A stretch of DNA of 64,000 nt, taken from positions 64,001 to 128,000 of the forward strand of contig CAWFJJ010000028.1 of the NCBI GenBank assembly GCA_963816185.1, read 5' to 3'. The position numbers and the translations under genes were made by a program. The stretch comes from Thermoanaerobaculia bacterium (lineage in GTDB: Bacteria > Acidobacteriota > Thermoanaerobaculia > UBA5066). A model generated the notes under the pieces. The model saw only the letters and a program-made list of their open reading frames with translations, ran no database searches and was not told where the DNA came from. This document shows, one piece after another, positions 9,282 through 19,431 of the stretch; the first letter of the stretch is position 1; each line of letters begins with the position of its first letter.

Positions 9282-9881
9282 GTGAGCGCCGACGAGCGTG
9301 CTGCAAAGCGGGCGCGCGAGTCCGAGATCCTCGCCCGCGTCGTCGCGGGCGACGTGGACGCTTTCGAGTATTTCGTCGTCACGTACCAGAAACGCATCAC
9401 GCGTTTCGTCTACACGCTCCTGCGCGATTCGGCCGACGCCGACGGCATCGCTCAGGACGTCTTCGTGAAAGCCTTTCGAGCGCTGCCCGAGTTCCAGGGG
9501 CAGTCGGCTTTCGAGACGTGGCTCACGCGCATCGCGATCAACTCCGTTCGCGACCACATCCGCCGCCGCAGGGCCGTCGTGTCGTTCTCGGAGCTGCACT
9601 CCGACCCGGACGACGACGGCCCCGAGCTTCCGGCCGCGTTCGATCCGGCGGACGGCACGTCGCCCGAGCGCGACCTCCTCTCGCGGGACATCAGGCGCCG
9701 GATCGCCGAGGCGCTCGTGGCCCTTTCGCCGCGTCAGCGCGCGGTTTTCGTCATGAAACATTACGAGGAGAAGTCCATCGCCGAGATCGGGGAAGCGACG
9801 GGCCTCGACGAGGGGACGATCAAGTCACACCTCTTTCGCGCGGCCCGCAAGCTGCGCGAGCGTCTGGAGGATCTCCGATGA
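9282..9881 (+). CDS. ECF RNA polymerase sigma factor
   Basis: Region 2 QDVFVKAF...FETWLTRIAIN; region 4 LSPRQRAVF...EIGE...GTIKSHLFRA. Start GTG 9273 or 9282. Confidence 0.92.
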   Translation: MSADERAAKRARESEILARVVAGDVDAFEYFVVTYQKRITRFVYTLLRDSADADGIAQDVFVKAFRALPEFQGQSAFETWLTRIAINSVRDHIRRRRAVVSFSELHSDPDDDGPELPAAFDPADGTSPERDLLSRDIRRRIAEALVALSPRQRAVFVMKHYEEKSIAEIGEATGLDEGTIKSHLFRAARKLRERLEDLR

Positions 9882-10423
9882 GCCCGAGCCGCCACCTCAC
9901 TCCCGACGAGATCGTCGAGCGTGTCTTCCCCGTCGACGACCGCGCCGGCGCTTCACCCGAGCACCTCGCGACGTGCGCCGCCTGCCAGGAGCGAGTCGCC
10001 GCCCTGCACGACGCGTGGCTCCTCGACCGCGGCGCCGTGAGCGGAGCCGTGGACGATCTGCCGTCCGGTTTCTGGGAGGCGCAGGCCGCGGCCACGATGG
10101 CCCTCGTGCGCGCCGCCGTCCCGTCGGACGCGCCCGTGCCCGACGTGCGCGTCTTTCCGTCGCGGATGCGCGGCATCCTCCGGCATCCGGCCCTCGCCCT
10201 CTCGAGTCTCGCGGCCGCCCTGCTCCTCGTGGGCGGGCTCTCGGCTCTGCGGTCCGGTTCGACGGCGCCCCCCGTGCAGACGGCGGCCGTGAAGACGATC
10301 GAAGTCCGGGAGAAGACTCCTTCCGCCGTGAACGACGCCTCCGACGACGAACTGCTGGTTTCGGTCGACCGCACCCTCGAGGACTCCTCGCTCGCCGGCC
10401 TCGTCGTGGAAGAGACGTTGTGA
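9878..10423 (+). CDS. Zinc-binding (ZAS) anti-sigma factor, single TM
   Basis: HLATCAAC (HxxxCxxC), TM helix, ATGA overlap with sigma. Confidence 0.8.
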   Translation: MSPSRHLTPDEIVERVFPVDDRAGASPEHLATCAACQERVAALHDAWLLDRGAVSGAVDDLPSGFWEAQAAATMALVRAAVPSDAPVPDVRVFPSRMRGILRHPALALSSLAAALLLVGGLSALRSGSTAPPVQTAAVKTIEVREKTPSAVNDASDDELLVSVDRTLEDSSLAGLVVEETL

Positions 10424-10448
10424 GCCACGTTGTGAGCCACGTTGTGAG
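10415..10448 (+). repeat. 12-bp tandem repeat ACGTTGTGAGCC x2.8
   Basis: Units at 10415, 10427 and 10439 (partial). Confidence 0.9.
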
Positions 10449-11016
10449 AGAGGTCCTGAGCCGCGCGACGAGAGCCGCCGGGAGAGGTCTCGCGGCGGCC
10501 TCGTTCGCATTTTTCACTCTCGTCCCTGCGCACCCCGCGGTCGCCCAGATGCCGGAGGCGCCCCCGGGCAAATGGTGGAAGCGGCCGCTCATCGTGCGGA
10601 TGCTCAATATCACCCCCGAGCAGCAGGCGAAGCTGGAGGACATCTTCTCCCGCCGCCGGCGCGAGTTCGTGGATCTCAAGGCCGACGTCGAGCACCACCA
10701 GATCGACGTCGAGGAGCTCGTCGCCAAGAAGGACTCCGATCCCCGGAAAGTCTCGGCGGCCGTCGACGCGCTGGAACAATCGAGGCTCAAGCTGCGCAAG
10801 GCGTTCACGATGATGTTCCTCGAGCAGAAGGACGTCTTGACGGCCGCGCAGTGGCAGCAGATCCTCGACCGGCGCGAGGAATGGCGCCGACAGCGCCTGA
10901 TGGAGCGACGCGGCGCCGCGAGGGGCGAATTTTCGCCTGGCGCCGAAACGGGACCGGGCGCGGGCCGCGATCGGCCCCCACAGCGGCCAACGGACCAGAG
11001 ACCTCCGGACAAGTAG
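10420..11016 (+). CDS. Spy/CpxP/ZraP-like periplasmic protein
   Basis: Signal peptide ending AVA-Q; KWWK; LNITPEQQAKL and LTAAQWQ (LTxxQ) motifs. Confidence 0.8.
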   Translation: MSHVVSHVVREVLSRATRAAGRGLAAASFAFFTLVPAHPAVAQMPEAPPGKWWKRPLIVRMLNITPEQQAKLEDIFSRRRREFVDLKADVEHHQIDVEELVAKKDSDPRKVSAAVDALEQSRLKLRKAFTMMFLEQKDVLTAAQWQQILDRREEWRRQRLMERRGAARGEFSPGAETGPGAGRDRPPQRPTDQRPPDK

Positions 11017-11018
11017 CC

Positions 11019-11879
11019 TCAGGGAGCCGGAGAGCCGAGGGCCCTCGGTGCCCCTCCGCGTCCGCGTGCGGCCGCGAGCGCGAAGAGCGCGAGGAGCCCG
11101 GGCAGGGCGAGAAAGACCGCGTAGGGGATGCGCGAGCCGCCCGCCTGAAGGCGGTACTGAAGAGCAGTGGCGCCCGCGACGAGGAGCGCGCCCGGCACGA
11201 GGCGCAGCGGCTTCCAACGCGCGAAGACGACGAGCGCGAGCGCGAGGAACCCGCGTCCCGCGGTCACACCCTCGACGAAGGTGGGTGACACCGTGAGGAC
11301 GAGGAGAGCGCCGCCCAAAGCGCCGAGCCCGCCCGCCGCGATCGCAGCGGCCGTGCGCACGGCGACGACCGAGCCTCCCGTCGCCGCGAGCGCGAGCGGG
11401 TTCTCGCCGGCGGCCACGAGAGAGAGGCCGGGCCGTGTTCGCGTGAGAAAGATCTCCAGGGCGACCGGAACGAGAAAAGCGGCGAAGGCCGCCGCCGGCA
11501 GACCGAGAGCGAGAGGCGGGAGCGTCCTGATCTCGAGCACCGAGCCCGTCGCCCCGGCGAGCAGCTGGTAGAAGAACGCGGTTCCGCCCGCCGCGACGAG
11601 ATTCCACGCGGTGCCGACGAGAATGGGATCTGCCCGGCCTGCCACCGAAAAGAGGGCGAATGCCGCTCCCGCGAGAAAGCCCGCGAAGGCGGCGGCGAGA
11701 AACGCGGCCTCAGGGCCGGCCCCGGAGCGCGCCGCGGCGAACGCCGTAAAGGCCCCGACGAGCATCGTGCCCTCGAGTCCGATCTGGATCGACCCCGCTC
11801 GCTCGAGGAGCAGCTCGCCCGCCGCCGCGAGAAGGAGCGGCGCGGCGAGGAGAAGGGCTACGGTGAGGAAGCCGCTCAT
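11019..11879 (-). CDS. Nucleoside/sugar ABC transporter permease
   Basis: ERAG..IGLEG, GENP, GRGFLALA motifs. Confidence 0.88.
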   Translation of the reverse strand: MSGFLTVALLLAAPLLLAAAGELLLERAGSIQIGLEGTMLVGAFTAFAAARSGAGPEAAFLAAAFAGFLAGAAFALFSVAGRADPILVGTAWNLVAAGGTAFFYQLLAGATGSVLEIRTLPPLALGLPAAAFAAFLVPVALEIFLTRTRPGLSLVAAGENPLALAATGGSVVAVRTAAAIAAGGLGALGGALLVLTVSPTFVEGVTAGRGFLALALVVFARWKPLRLVPGALLVAGATALQYRLQAGGSRIPYAVFLALPGLLALFALAAARGRGGAPRALGSPAP

Positions 11880-12898
11880 GCAGCCTTCCGCGCCACACGT
11901 GCACGCGCCGCGAGAACCGCGAGGACGAGGACGCCGGGTACGATCGTGGCGAGCGCGCTCGGGACGCCCGTGTCGCGCTGCATCGCGGACGAGCCGGCGC
12001 CGAGGGCGGCGAACAGGATCGCCGAAGCCGCGGCCGCAAGAGGCTGCGACCCGCCGAGGAGCGCTGCGGCGATCCCCGTGTAGCCGGCGCCTGCCGCGAA
12101 GGGATCGTAGAGACGGCCCGTTACGGCGAGCACCTCGAGGCCCCCCGCGAGGCCTGCGAGCGCACCAGATGCTGCGAACGCGAGGAGCCGAAGTCGAGCG
12201 TGGGGAAGGCCGATCGCCCGTGCGGCTGCCGGCGCGAGCCCGGTGGCGCGCAGCTTCAGGCCGAACGGCGTCCATTCGAGGAGGAGCGCCGCGAAGAGCG
12301 CGACCGCCGCTGCGATGAGGATCGCCGCCGTGACGCTGCTGCCCGCCGCGAGAGGCGCGAGGCGCACGGCGTCCGGCAGGACGCGGCTCTGCGGATAGTC
12401 GCCCCCCGGATCCTGCAGAGCCCCGCGCACGAGGCCGCTCACGGCGGCGGCGGCGACGAGGTTCAGGAGAATCGTCGAGAGAACTTCCGGGACCCCGCGC
12501 CGCGCTTCGAGGTACGCGGCCGGCAAGACCCAGAGCGCTCCCGCAAGCGCCGCCGCGGCGAGAAGAACGGCGCGCACGACGAGAGGGCTTCCGGCCAGCA
12601 GGGGGCCTACCGCCGCCGCGGCCACGGCGCCTGCGAGAAACTGTCCCTCGAGACCGATGTTCAGAACGCCGGCGCGGAACGCGAGGCTCGCGCCGACTGC
12701 CGTGAGGACGAGGGCGGTCGCGCGGGCCAGCGTTTCGCCGAGCGCCGCCTTGGAGCCCGCCGCGCCTTCGGCGAGGGCGCGAACGGCGTCGAGAGGTGAC
12801 GCTCCCGCGAGAAGGGCGAGGCCGACGAGCGCTGCCGCGGCGGCCGAGAGGACGGCAGCCGCGACCGCGAACCGCCGAGCGGCCGATTCCCTCCTCAT
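11876..12898 (-). CDS. Nucleoside/sugar ABC transporter permease
   Basis: FRAGVLNIGLEGQ, EVLSTILLN, GYTGIAAALLG. Confidence 0.88.
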   Translation of the reverse strand: MRRESAARRFAVAAAVLSAAAAALVGLALLAGASPLDAVRALAEGAAGSKAALGETLARATALVLTAVGASLAFRAGVLNIGLEGQFLAGAVAAAAVGPLLAGSPLVVRAVLLAAAALAGALWVLPAAYLEARRGVPEVLSTILLNLVAAAAVSGLVRGALQDPGGDYPQSRVLPDAVRLAPLAAGSSVTAAILIAAAVALFAALLLEWTPFGLKLRATGLAPAAARAIGLPHARLRLLAFAASGALAGLAGGLEVLAVTGRLYDPFAAGAGYTGIAAALLGGSQPLAAAASAILFAALGAGSSAMQRDTGVPSALATIVPGVLVLAVLAARARVARKAA

Positions 12899-14496
12899 CC
12901 TTCGAGCCCGGCCATCAGGCGTCCGAGCGTGGCAAGGGGCGTCGCGGGCTCGAGAGAACCCGACAGTCCGCCGCGGTAGACGACGCGAATCGGCGCGCCG
13001 AAGAGCTGCGCTTCGTCCGGATCCGCCGTGACGACGAGGGCGGCGGTCCCGGAGCGGCAGGCGTCGAGGATCCGGCTTCTGACGGCGGCAGCGGAAGCGA
13101 GATCGAGGCCCCGCGTCGGATGGACGGCGACGAGAAGCCCGGGACGGAGCGCGAGCTCGCGCGCGAGAACGGCCTTCTGCTGGTTCCCGCCCGAGAGGGA
13201 GCCCGCCGGGGCGTCGGAAGAGGAGTAGCGAACGCCGAACGCGCTCAGCCGCGCCTCGGCAAGCGCACGCATCGCCGTGCGGTCGAGGAAGATCCTGCCG
13301 GGAGGATTCGGGAGCGCGAGATTCTCCTCGAGGGACAGCGCCGCGACGAGGCCTTCCTCACGCCGGTCCGCAGGCACGAAGGCCCCGCCCGCGGCGCGAA
13401 ACGCGAGCGGGTCGCCCGAGGACGGCAGCGGGACGCCGCCGACCTCGACGCGTCCCGAGAAGGGCTCGAGTCCCGCGATCGCACGGGCGATCGTGTCTGC
13501 GCCGTTCCCGTCGATCGCGAGGAGGACGAGAAGCTCGCCGGAGGAGAGGGAAAGAGAAACTCTTTCTGCTCGGACTCTTCGCGCCTGCTCTGGTGCGAAG
13601 CCGGTGAGCGCGAGGCCCGGGAAATACGGCCCTTGGCCGGAGCGGTCCTCGAGCGGCACGCTGCCCTCTTCACCTTCTAAAGGATCTTTCTCTTTCTCTT
13701 CTTCTTTCCCTGTTATGAAGCCCTCCGCGTTCGCAAGCAGAAGTCCCCCGATCTCCTGCGGCGTCGTCTCGCTCGTTCGGCAGGTCTTGACCGACCGCCC
13801 CCGGGCGAGGAGCGTGAGCCGGTCGGCGCCCGCGAAGACCTCGGCGAGGCGGTGCGTGATGAGGACGACGGCGGCGCCGGCGCCGACGCGTTTTCTGAGG
13901 GACGCGAAGAGCGCCGCCGTTTCGTCGGGAGAAAGGACAGCCGTCGGCTCGTCGAGGATGAGGATGGCCGGGTCGCCGGCGAGCGCACCCGCGATCTCGA
14001 TGCGCTGGCGCGTTCCGACGGGCAACGCGTCGGCGCGGGCGTCCGCATCGCCGAGCTCGAGCCCGAACGCCTGCCCGAGGCGTGCGACACGGGCGCGCCG
14101 CGACGCGGCGGATTCGAAGAGAGGCGCCGCGGGATCGAGGAACGCGAGATTGTCGGCGACGCTCGCCGCACCGATCAGGAGATCGTGCTGCGGCACGAGA
14201 ACGAGCCCGGCGTGGCGGGCGTCGCGAGCGCCGCGAAACGACACGGGTGATCCGGCTCGCAAGATCTCGCCCGAATCGGCCACGAGCCTCCCCGCGGCGA
14301 TCGACACGAGGGTGGATTTCCCCGCGCCGTTCTCGCCGAGGAGGGCGTGGATTTCGCCGGGGAAGACGACGAGATCTGCTTCGGAAAGAGCCTGGGTGTC
14401 GCCGAAGCGCTTCGAGATGCGGCGGAGCTCGAGAGACGGGAGAGAAGACGAAGACGGAGACGAAGAGGAAGATTTCTTAGAAGGGTGTGCGGGCAT
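12895..14496 (-). CDS. Sugar/nucleoside ABC ATPase (two NBDs)
   Basis: GENGAGKST, LDEPT, LSGGNQQK. Start 14496 or 14541, both inside motif locus C. Confidence 0.9.
   Translation of the reverse strand: MPAHPSKKSSSSSPSSSSLPSLELRRISKRFGDTQALSEADLVVFPGEIHALLGENGAGKSTLVSIAAGRLVADSGEILRAGSPVSFRGARDARHAGLVLVPQHDLLIGAASVADNLAFLDPAAPLFESAASRRARVARLGQAFGLELGDADARADALPVGTRQRIEIAGALAGDPAILILDEPTAVLSPDETAALFASLRKRVGAGAAVVLITHRLAEVFAGADRLTLLARGRSVKTCRTSETTPQEIGGLLLANAEGFITGKEEEKEKDPLEGEEGSVPLEDRSGQGPYFPGLALTGFAPEQARRVRAERVSLSLSSGELLVLLAIDGNGADTIARAIAGLEPFSGRVEVGGVPLPSSGDPLAFRAAGGAFVPADRREEGLVAALSLEENLALPNPPGRIFLDRTAMRALAEARLSAFGVRYSSSDAPAGSLSGGNQQKAVLARELALRPGLLVAVHPTRGLDLASAAAVRSRILDACRSGTAALVVTADPDEAQLFGAPIRVVYRGGLSGSLEPATPLATLGRLMAGLEG
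13669..13710. repeat. Motif locus B (right arm plus CT tract; left arm not clear)
   Basis: TTCACCTTCTAAAGGATCTTTCTCTTTCTCTTCTTC in the inter-NBD linker. Confidence 0.55.
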
Positions 14497-14575
14497 CTGC
14501 GCAAGGGAACCGCCCCAGCCGCGCCTGTGGGCAGAGCCCATTCACCCTTCTAAGAATCTTCGCGCCGAAGGCGCG
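14470..14575. repeat. Paired inverted motif locus C
   Basis: GATTTCTTAGAAGGGTG (core 14474) ... TTCACCCTTCTAAGAATCTT (core 14548), then hairpin CGCGCC-GAA-GGCGCG. Confidence 0.85.
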
Positions 14576-14606
14576 CGGTCTTCTCTTCGGATGTTCTTTC
14601 GCTGTC

Positions 14607-15587
14607 TCAGAAGTTTCCCCTCGGCACGATGAGCGTCCCTGCCTTGATCTTCTCTTCTGTTGTTTTCGCCTCCTCGACGACTGGAGGCGGGATCTTCGCG
14701 AGCGCAGCCGGATTCCACACGAAAGAGATCACGCCGCTCGAGAGGCCGTAGCGGAGCGGCTGGCCGTCGAACTTCCCGTCCTTCACGCGGCGCGCGGTCT
14801 CGACGAACGCGCGGGGCATGTCGATGACGGCCGAGGCGAGGACTGCCGGCGAGAGCGCGTTCTGGTCCTTGTTCGTACCGAAGGCCCAGATCGCACGCTC
14901 TTCGGCGCCCTTGAAGACGCCGAGGGCCGCGGCATCGGCGTTCTGGAAGAGGAAATCGCAGCCCCGGTCCGCCAGCGCGAGCGCCGCCGTTTTCGCCCCC
15001 GCGACGTCTTCGAACGAGCCCGTGAAGACGGGCTGTGCCGTTCCGCCGGGATGTCCGGCCGCGAAGCCCGCCTCGTACGCGAGGAACGTGGACTTGATCG
15101 ACGGAAGCTCGACACCGCCGACCATGCCCGCCTTGCCGGTCTTCGTCATTCGGCCCGAGACGAGACCGCACAGATACGCCGCCTGCTCGAGCTCGAAGAC
15201 GATGGGCGCGAGGTTCGGCCCCGTGCGCGAGCCGGACGTCGTCACGAAGATCGTCTTCGGATATTCCTTCGCGACGCGCTCCGCCGCGTCCTGGAACTCG
15301 AAGCCGTGGCCGAACACGAGGCGCGTGCCCTTCGCCGCGTAGGCTCGAAACTGCTCCTCGAATTCCGAGGGCGACTTCACCTGCACGTGCGAGACGGACG
15401 CGCCAAGCTCCTTCTCGATCGCCTTGAGACCGTCGTACGCTCCCGCGTTCCAGCCGGCGTCCGAGATGGGTCCCGGCGTCAGGAGGGCGACGCTGAAGCG
15501 GGCGGACCGGGCGGGCGTTTCGCCCCGGCCGCAGGCGGCGAGGACGAGAGAAGCGACGGTGAGGAGGACCGGAGGTGTTGGCTTCAT
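14607..15587 (-). CDS. BMP/PnrA-family ABC substrate-binding lipoprotein
   Basis: LAAC lipobox; ISDAGWNAGAYDGL, GHGFEF motifs. Confidence 0.9.
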   Translation of the reverse strand: MKPTPPVLLTVASLVLAACGRGETPARSARFSVALLTPGPISDAGWNAGAYDGLKAIEKELGASVSHVQVKSPSEFEEQFRAYAAKGTRLVFGHGFEFQDAAERVAKEYPKTIFVTTSGSRTGPNLAPIVFELEQAAYLCGLVSGRMTKTGKAGMVGGVELPSIKSTFLAYEAGFAAGHPGGTAQPVFTGSFEDVAGAKTAALALADRGCDFLFQNADAAALGVFKGAEERAIWAFGTNKDQNALSPAVLASAVIDMPRAFVETARRVKDGKFDGQPLRYGLSSGVISFVWNPAALAKIPPPVVEEAKTTEEKIKAGTLIVPRGNF

Positions 15588-15622
15588 GTCTCGATTATGC
15601 CGTCGAGACCTATGATCGAAAG

Positions 15623-16225
15623 GTGTCGCTCCATCTCGACGCGGCGGCCCGTAAGAGCATCCTCGACTTCGTCCGGCCTCTCTCCGTCGGGATCGACGGC
15701 GTCACGAACTTCGGCTTCGTGGAGAGGAGGCTGAGGATTTCGGACTTCTTAGAAGGTGAAGAGGGAAGGGGCGATGTGGCGGGAGAGGCTGGAGCGGATC
15801 CGGCGCGCCTCTTTCTCCTGGGCGCTTTCGCCGGCCTCCCATCGGCTCGGCGCATCACACCCGACGGCCGCGAGGCTCTGCTCCTGCGCTCTCTGCATAT
15901 TCCATTCGAAGAAATCTCTTCTCTTTCTCTTTCTCTCTCCCGCCTCGAGTCTTCGCCTGAATCGCCCGAAGAGAGAATCGTCCACGACGCGATGCTCCTC
16001 GAATCCGTCGGCGCGTACGGAGTCACGCAGCTTCTCGTCGCCGGGGCGCGCGAGCGGATGACGCTCGCCGAGATGGCGCAGGAGATCGAGGAGAAGATGG
16101 AATCGGCGCGGTTCGCGACGGAGGCCGGCCGGCGCCTCGCGGCCGATCGCGTCGCCTTCGCGACCCAGTTCGCGCGGAAGCTCGCCGAGGAGGCGCGGGA
16201 GTTCGAGCCCGTCGCACCGGGTTGA
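15623..16225 (+). CDS. Degenerate HD-domain (YedJ-like) protein
   Basis: IVHDAMLLESVGAYG and FATEAGRRLAADR resemble the HD C-terminal motifs; TATGAT -10 box 7 bp before the GTG. Confidence 0.6.
   Translation: MSLHLDAAARKSILDFVRPLSVGIDGVTNFGFVERRLRISDFLEGEEGRGDVAGEAGADPARLFLLGAFAGLPSARRITPDGREALLLRSLHIPFEEISSLSLSLSRLESSPESPEERIVHDAMLLESVGAYGVTQLLVAGARERMTLAEMAQEIEEKMESARFATEAGRRLAADRVAFATQFARKLAEEAREFEPVAPG
15746..15940. repeat. Paired inverted motif locus D
   Basis: TTCTTAGAAGGTGAA 15746-15760 ... TTCCATTCGAAGAAAT (core 15905), then a long CT tract. Confidence 0.75.
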
Positions 16226-16236
16226 CCTCCAGGGGC

Positions 16237-17033
16237 TCACTCCCCGCCCGGCGTCGATCTCCCTGCATCCACGGTGACGACCTGGCCGGTCATCGACCGG
16301 TTCTCGAGCACGACGATCGCCATGGCGGTGAGGTCTTCGACGTTCACTTTGCGTGCGAGAGGCGTCCTGGCGACGAGGGCCGCGACCGCCTCGGCGCTCA
16401 TCTCCGCGGGCGGCAGGACGACTCCCGGGGCGAGCGCGTTCACCCGCACCTCGGGGCCGAGGGCGACGGCGAGGTTGCGCACGAGAGCGTTGATCGCCGC
16501 CTTGGCGGCCGAGTGCGGGATGTGCGACGGCCACGCCTGCGTCGCCGCGACGTCGGAGATGAAGAGGATCGATCCCTGCGCGGCGCGGAGCGCCGGCAGA
16601 GCAGCCTGCGCGAGGAAGAATGCGGCGCGGGGGCCGGCGCGAAAAACCGCCTCCCAGTCGGCGAGGCGACACGGAAGAGAAGGGCTTCGGGATCCACGGA
16701 GACGCGGCGTGAACGAGGGCATCGAGGCGGGGGGAAGAGCGCGAGAGATGCGGCGAAGAGGAAGAGAGAAGAGAGACGAAGAGAAGATTTCTTCGAATAG
16801 TTTGTGCGGCGCGTCGTCAGTGGCGAGATCGACGTGGAAGGCTTCGGCGCGGATGCCCTCTTTCCTTCTAAGAAGAATTTCCACCGCCGGCCTGCCGCTT
16901 CGGCACGGCTCGTGTAGGAAGTCAGAGCGATCGAATAGCCCTCGTCTGCCAACGCCTTCGCGAACTCGAAGCCGAGCCGCTTCGCCCCGCCCGTGACGAG
17001 GGCGACCTTCGCGGCGTTCCTCGCGTCCGTCAC
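16237..17033 (-). CDS. SDR oxidoreductase (pteridine reductase/FolM-like), several frameshifts 16650-16900
   Basis: ALVTGGAKRLG in one frame, LDALVHAAS in another, HSAAKA...RVNALAPG...MTGQVVTVDAG in a third. Confidence 0.75.
16755..16880. repeat. Paired inverted motif locus E
   Basis: GA tract, ATTTCTTCGAATAG (core 16789) ... TTTCCTTCTAAGAAGAA (core 16866). Confidence 0.75.
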
Positions 17034-17545
17034 GGCGCCGCAGCCTCGGGCCCGGGCGGGACGGCGGTGGCGGCTTCGTCCATGAGCTGGTTCGTTTCCG
17101 CCATCGCCACGACCTCGCGGCCGAGGGCCACGACGTGAATGAGCACGCAGAGGACCGCGGCGACGAGGTGCAGAGAGGCGGGTGTCTTTCCCGTGTGCGC
17201 GGTGACGCCGAGAAGGCCCGCGGCCAGCGCGGAGAGCGGAGCGAAAGTACAGAGGGCCGACGTCCTCATCTTGAAATGACGCACGCGGGCCAGGATGAAG
17301 TCCCGTCCGGCCGCGTCCGGGCGCTTCGACGCGGCCTCCTTGAGGAGCTTTCCCGTGCCGATGAAGAAGAAAAGGATCATCGACTGCGTGAAGAGGGAGA
17401 AGAGCACCGTCGGAATCGCGACCGCGATGTGACGTGCGGCCGTGACCGATCCGCCGAGCGCGTGCGAAAGGGCCCAGCCGGACGCCGCGGACAGGAAGAG
17501 CCCCACGAGCGTGAAAATCGAAAGAAGCGTGAGCGCCAACGCCAC
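17030..17545 (-). CDS. Hypothetical membrane protein (about 4 TM)
   Basis: Hydrophobic helices with conserved-looking FFIGTGK; overlaps the SDR start. Confidence 0.7.
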   Translation of the reverse strand: MALALTLLSIFTLVGLFLSAASGWALSHALGGSVTAARHIAVAIPTVLFSLFTQSMILFFFIGTGKLLKEAASKRPDAAGRDFILARVRHFKMRTSALCTFAPLSALAAGLLGVTAHTGKTPASLHLVAAVLCVLIHVVALGREVVAMAETNQLMDEAATAVPPGPEAAAP

Positions 17546-17599
17546 GGGCTCCCACTATAATCCGTGCGGTTTACGCACAGAGTGCCGGGAGGCCGCGCC

Positions 17600-19402
17600 A
17601 TGACGCCAAGGACGCTCGTCGACATCTTCCGCAACCTGGCGGACACGCCGAAGCCGGATCTGCTTCTCTACAAGCAGGGCGGGAAGTGGATTCCCATCAG
17701 CACGGCCGAGTTCATGGACCGCGTCAAGGCCCTCTCGTCGGCGCTCGAAGGCCTCGGCGTGAAGCCGGGCGGCCGGGTGGCTCTTCTCTCGGAGAACCGG
17801 CCCGAGTGGGCGATCGTCGACTTCGCTTGCCAGTGCTACGGCGCCGTGCTCGTGCCGATCTTCCCCACGATGGTCGCCGAGCAGGCCGCGTACCTCCTCA
17901 AGGACTCCGGAGCGACCGTGGCGTTCGCGTCGACGCCCGGCCAGGCGGCGAAGATCCTCGGCGCGCAACAGGCGTCTCCCGAAGTGAAGCAGACGTTGAA
18001 GCACGTGATCGTCTTCGAGACCTCCCCACAGCCCGGCACGACCCCGTACGCCGACGTCGTCGAGAAAGGCCGGGGCGCGTACGCGGCCGACCCGTCCGCG
18101 TTCGAGAAACGCGCCGACGCGCGCCAGCCCTCCGACCTCGCGACGCTCATCTACACCTCGGGCACCACGGGCGAGCCGAAAGGCGCGATGCTCACGCAGA
18201 GCAACTTCGTCTCGAACGTCATCGCGGGCTGCTCGGTCCTGCCGTTCGACTCCTCGGCGGTCGCGCTGTCGTTCCTCCCGCTCGCGCACGTCTTCGAGCG
18301 AATGCTCGAGTACTGCTATTACAACCGCGCCGCGACCATCGCGTTCGCGGAGTCCATCGACAAGCTGCGCGACAACCTCTCGGAGGTGAACCCGCACCTT
18401 TTCGGCGCCGTCCCCCGCGTCTACGAGAAGGTCTACGGACGCGTGCAGGAGAACCTCTCGAAGTCCTCGCCCGCCAAGCGGAAGATCTTCGAGAAGGCAG
18501 TCGAGGTCGGCAAGAAGGCTACGGAGCTGCGTGCACGGAAGAAGACGCCGGACTTCGCGCTCGCACTCCAGCTCTTCATCTACGAGCGCCTCGTCTACCG
18601 CAAGGTGCGCGCGGCCCTCGGAACGCGCTTCCGGTTCGCCGTGTCAGGCGGTGCGCCGCTGGCCCGCGAGCTGGCCGAGTTCTTCTGGGCGGTCGGCGTC
18701 GAGGTCTACGAGGGATACGGCCTCACGGAGACGAGCCCGGTCATCGCCGTGAATTGTCCGTCGGCGTGGCGGCTCGGGGCCGTCGGCAAGATCCTGCCCG
18801 GCGTCGAGTGCCGCATCGCGCCGGACGGGGAGATCCTGACGCGCGGCCCGCACATCATGAAGGGCTATTTCGGGAAGCCGAAGGAGACCGCCGACGCGAT
18901 CGACGCGGACGGCTGGTTCCACACGGGCGACATCGGCCGGATCGACGAGGACGGCTTCCTCATGATCACGGACCGGAAGAAGGAGATCCTCGTCAACTCG
19001 AACGGCAAGAACGTCGCCCCCGCGCCGATCGAGGGATTCCTCAAGGGCCATCCCTTCGTCTCGCTCCCGGTCCTCATCGGCGACCGCCGGAAATACCTGT
19101 CGTGTCTCTTCGTGCCGAACTTCGACAAGCTCGCGAGCTGGGCGAAGGAAAACGGCCTCGGGAGCCTCCCCATGGAGGACCTCGTGGCAGAGCCGCGGGT
19201 CGTCGCCATCTTCCAGAGCGCGATCGACGAGTGGAACGCGGGCAAGCCGCACGAAATGCTCATCAACCGGTTCGTGATCCTGCCCCGCGACCTCACGATC
19301 GAGAGCGGCGAGCTGACGCCGACGCTCAAGGTGAAGCGCCGCATCGTGGACCAGCACTTCAAGCACCTGATCGACGGGATGTACGAGGGAACGGCGGCCT
19401 GA
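17600..19402 (+). CDS. fadD: Long-chain fatty-acid--CoA ligase
   Basis: [40 protein letters not shown]; TATAAT at 17556. Confidence 0.93.
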   Translation: MTPRTLVDIFRNLADTPKPDLLLYKQGGKWIPISTAEFMDRVKALSSALEGLGVKPGGRVALLSENRPEWAIVDFACQCYGAVLVPIFPTMVAEQAAYLLKDSGATVAFASTPGQAAKILGAQQASPEVKQTLKHVIVFETSPQPGTTPYADVVEKGRGAYAADPSAFEKRADARQPSDLATLIYTSGTTGEPKGAMLTQSNFVSNVIAGCSVLPFDSSAVALSFLPLAHVFERMLEYCYYNRAATIAFAESIDKLRDNLSEVNPHLFGAVPRVYEKVYGRVQENLSKSSPAKRKIFEKAVEVGKKATELRARKKTPDFALALQLFIYERLVYRKVRAALGTRFRFAVSGGAPLARELAEFFWAVGVEVYEGYGLTETSPVIAVNCPSAWRLGAVGKILPGVECRIAPDGEILTRGPHIMKGYFGKPKETADAIDADGWFHTGDIGRIDEDGFLMITDRKKEILVNSNGKNVAPAPIEGFLKGHPFVSLPVLIGDRRKYLSCLFVPNFDKLASWAKENGLGSLPMEDLVAEPRVVAIFQSAIDEWNAGKPHEMLINRFVILPRDLTIESGELTPTLKVKRRIVDQHFKHLIDGMYEGTAA

Positions 19403-19431
19403 GCTCTCTCGGACGGGTGGATCACGAGCGC

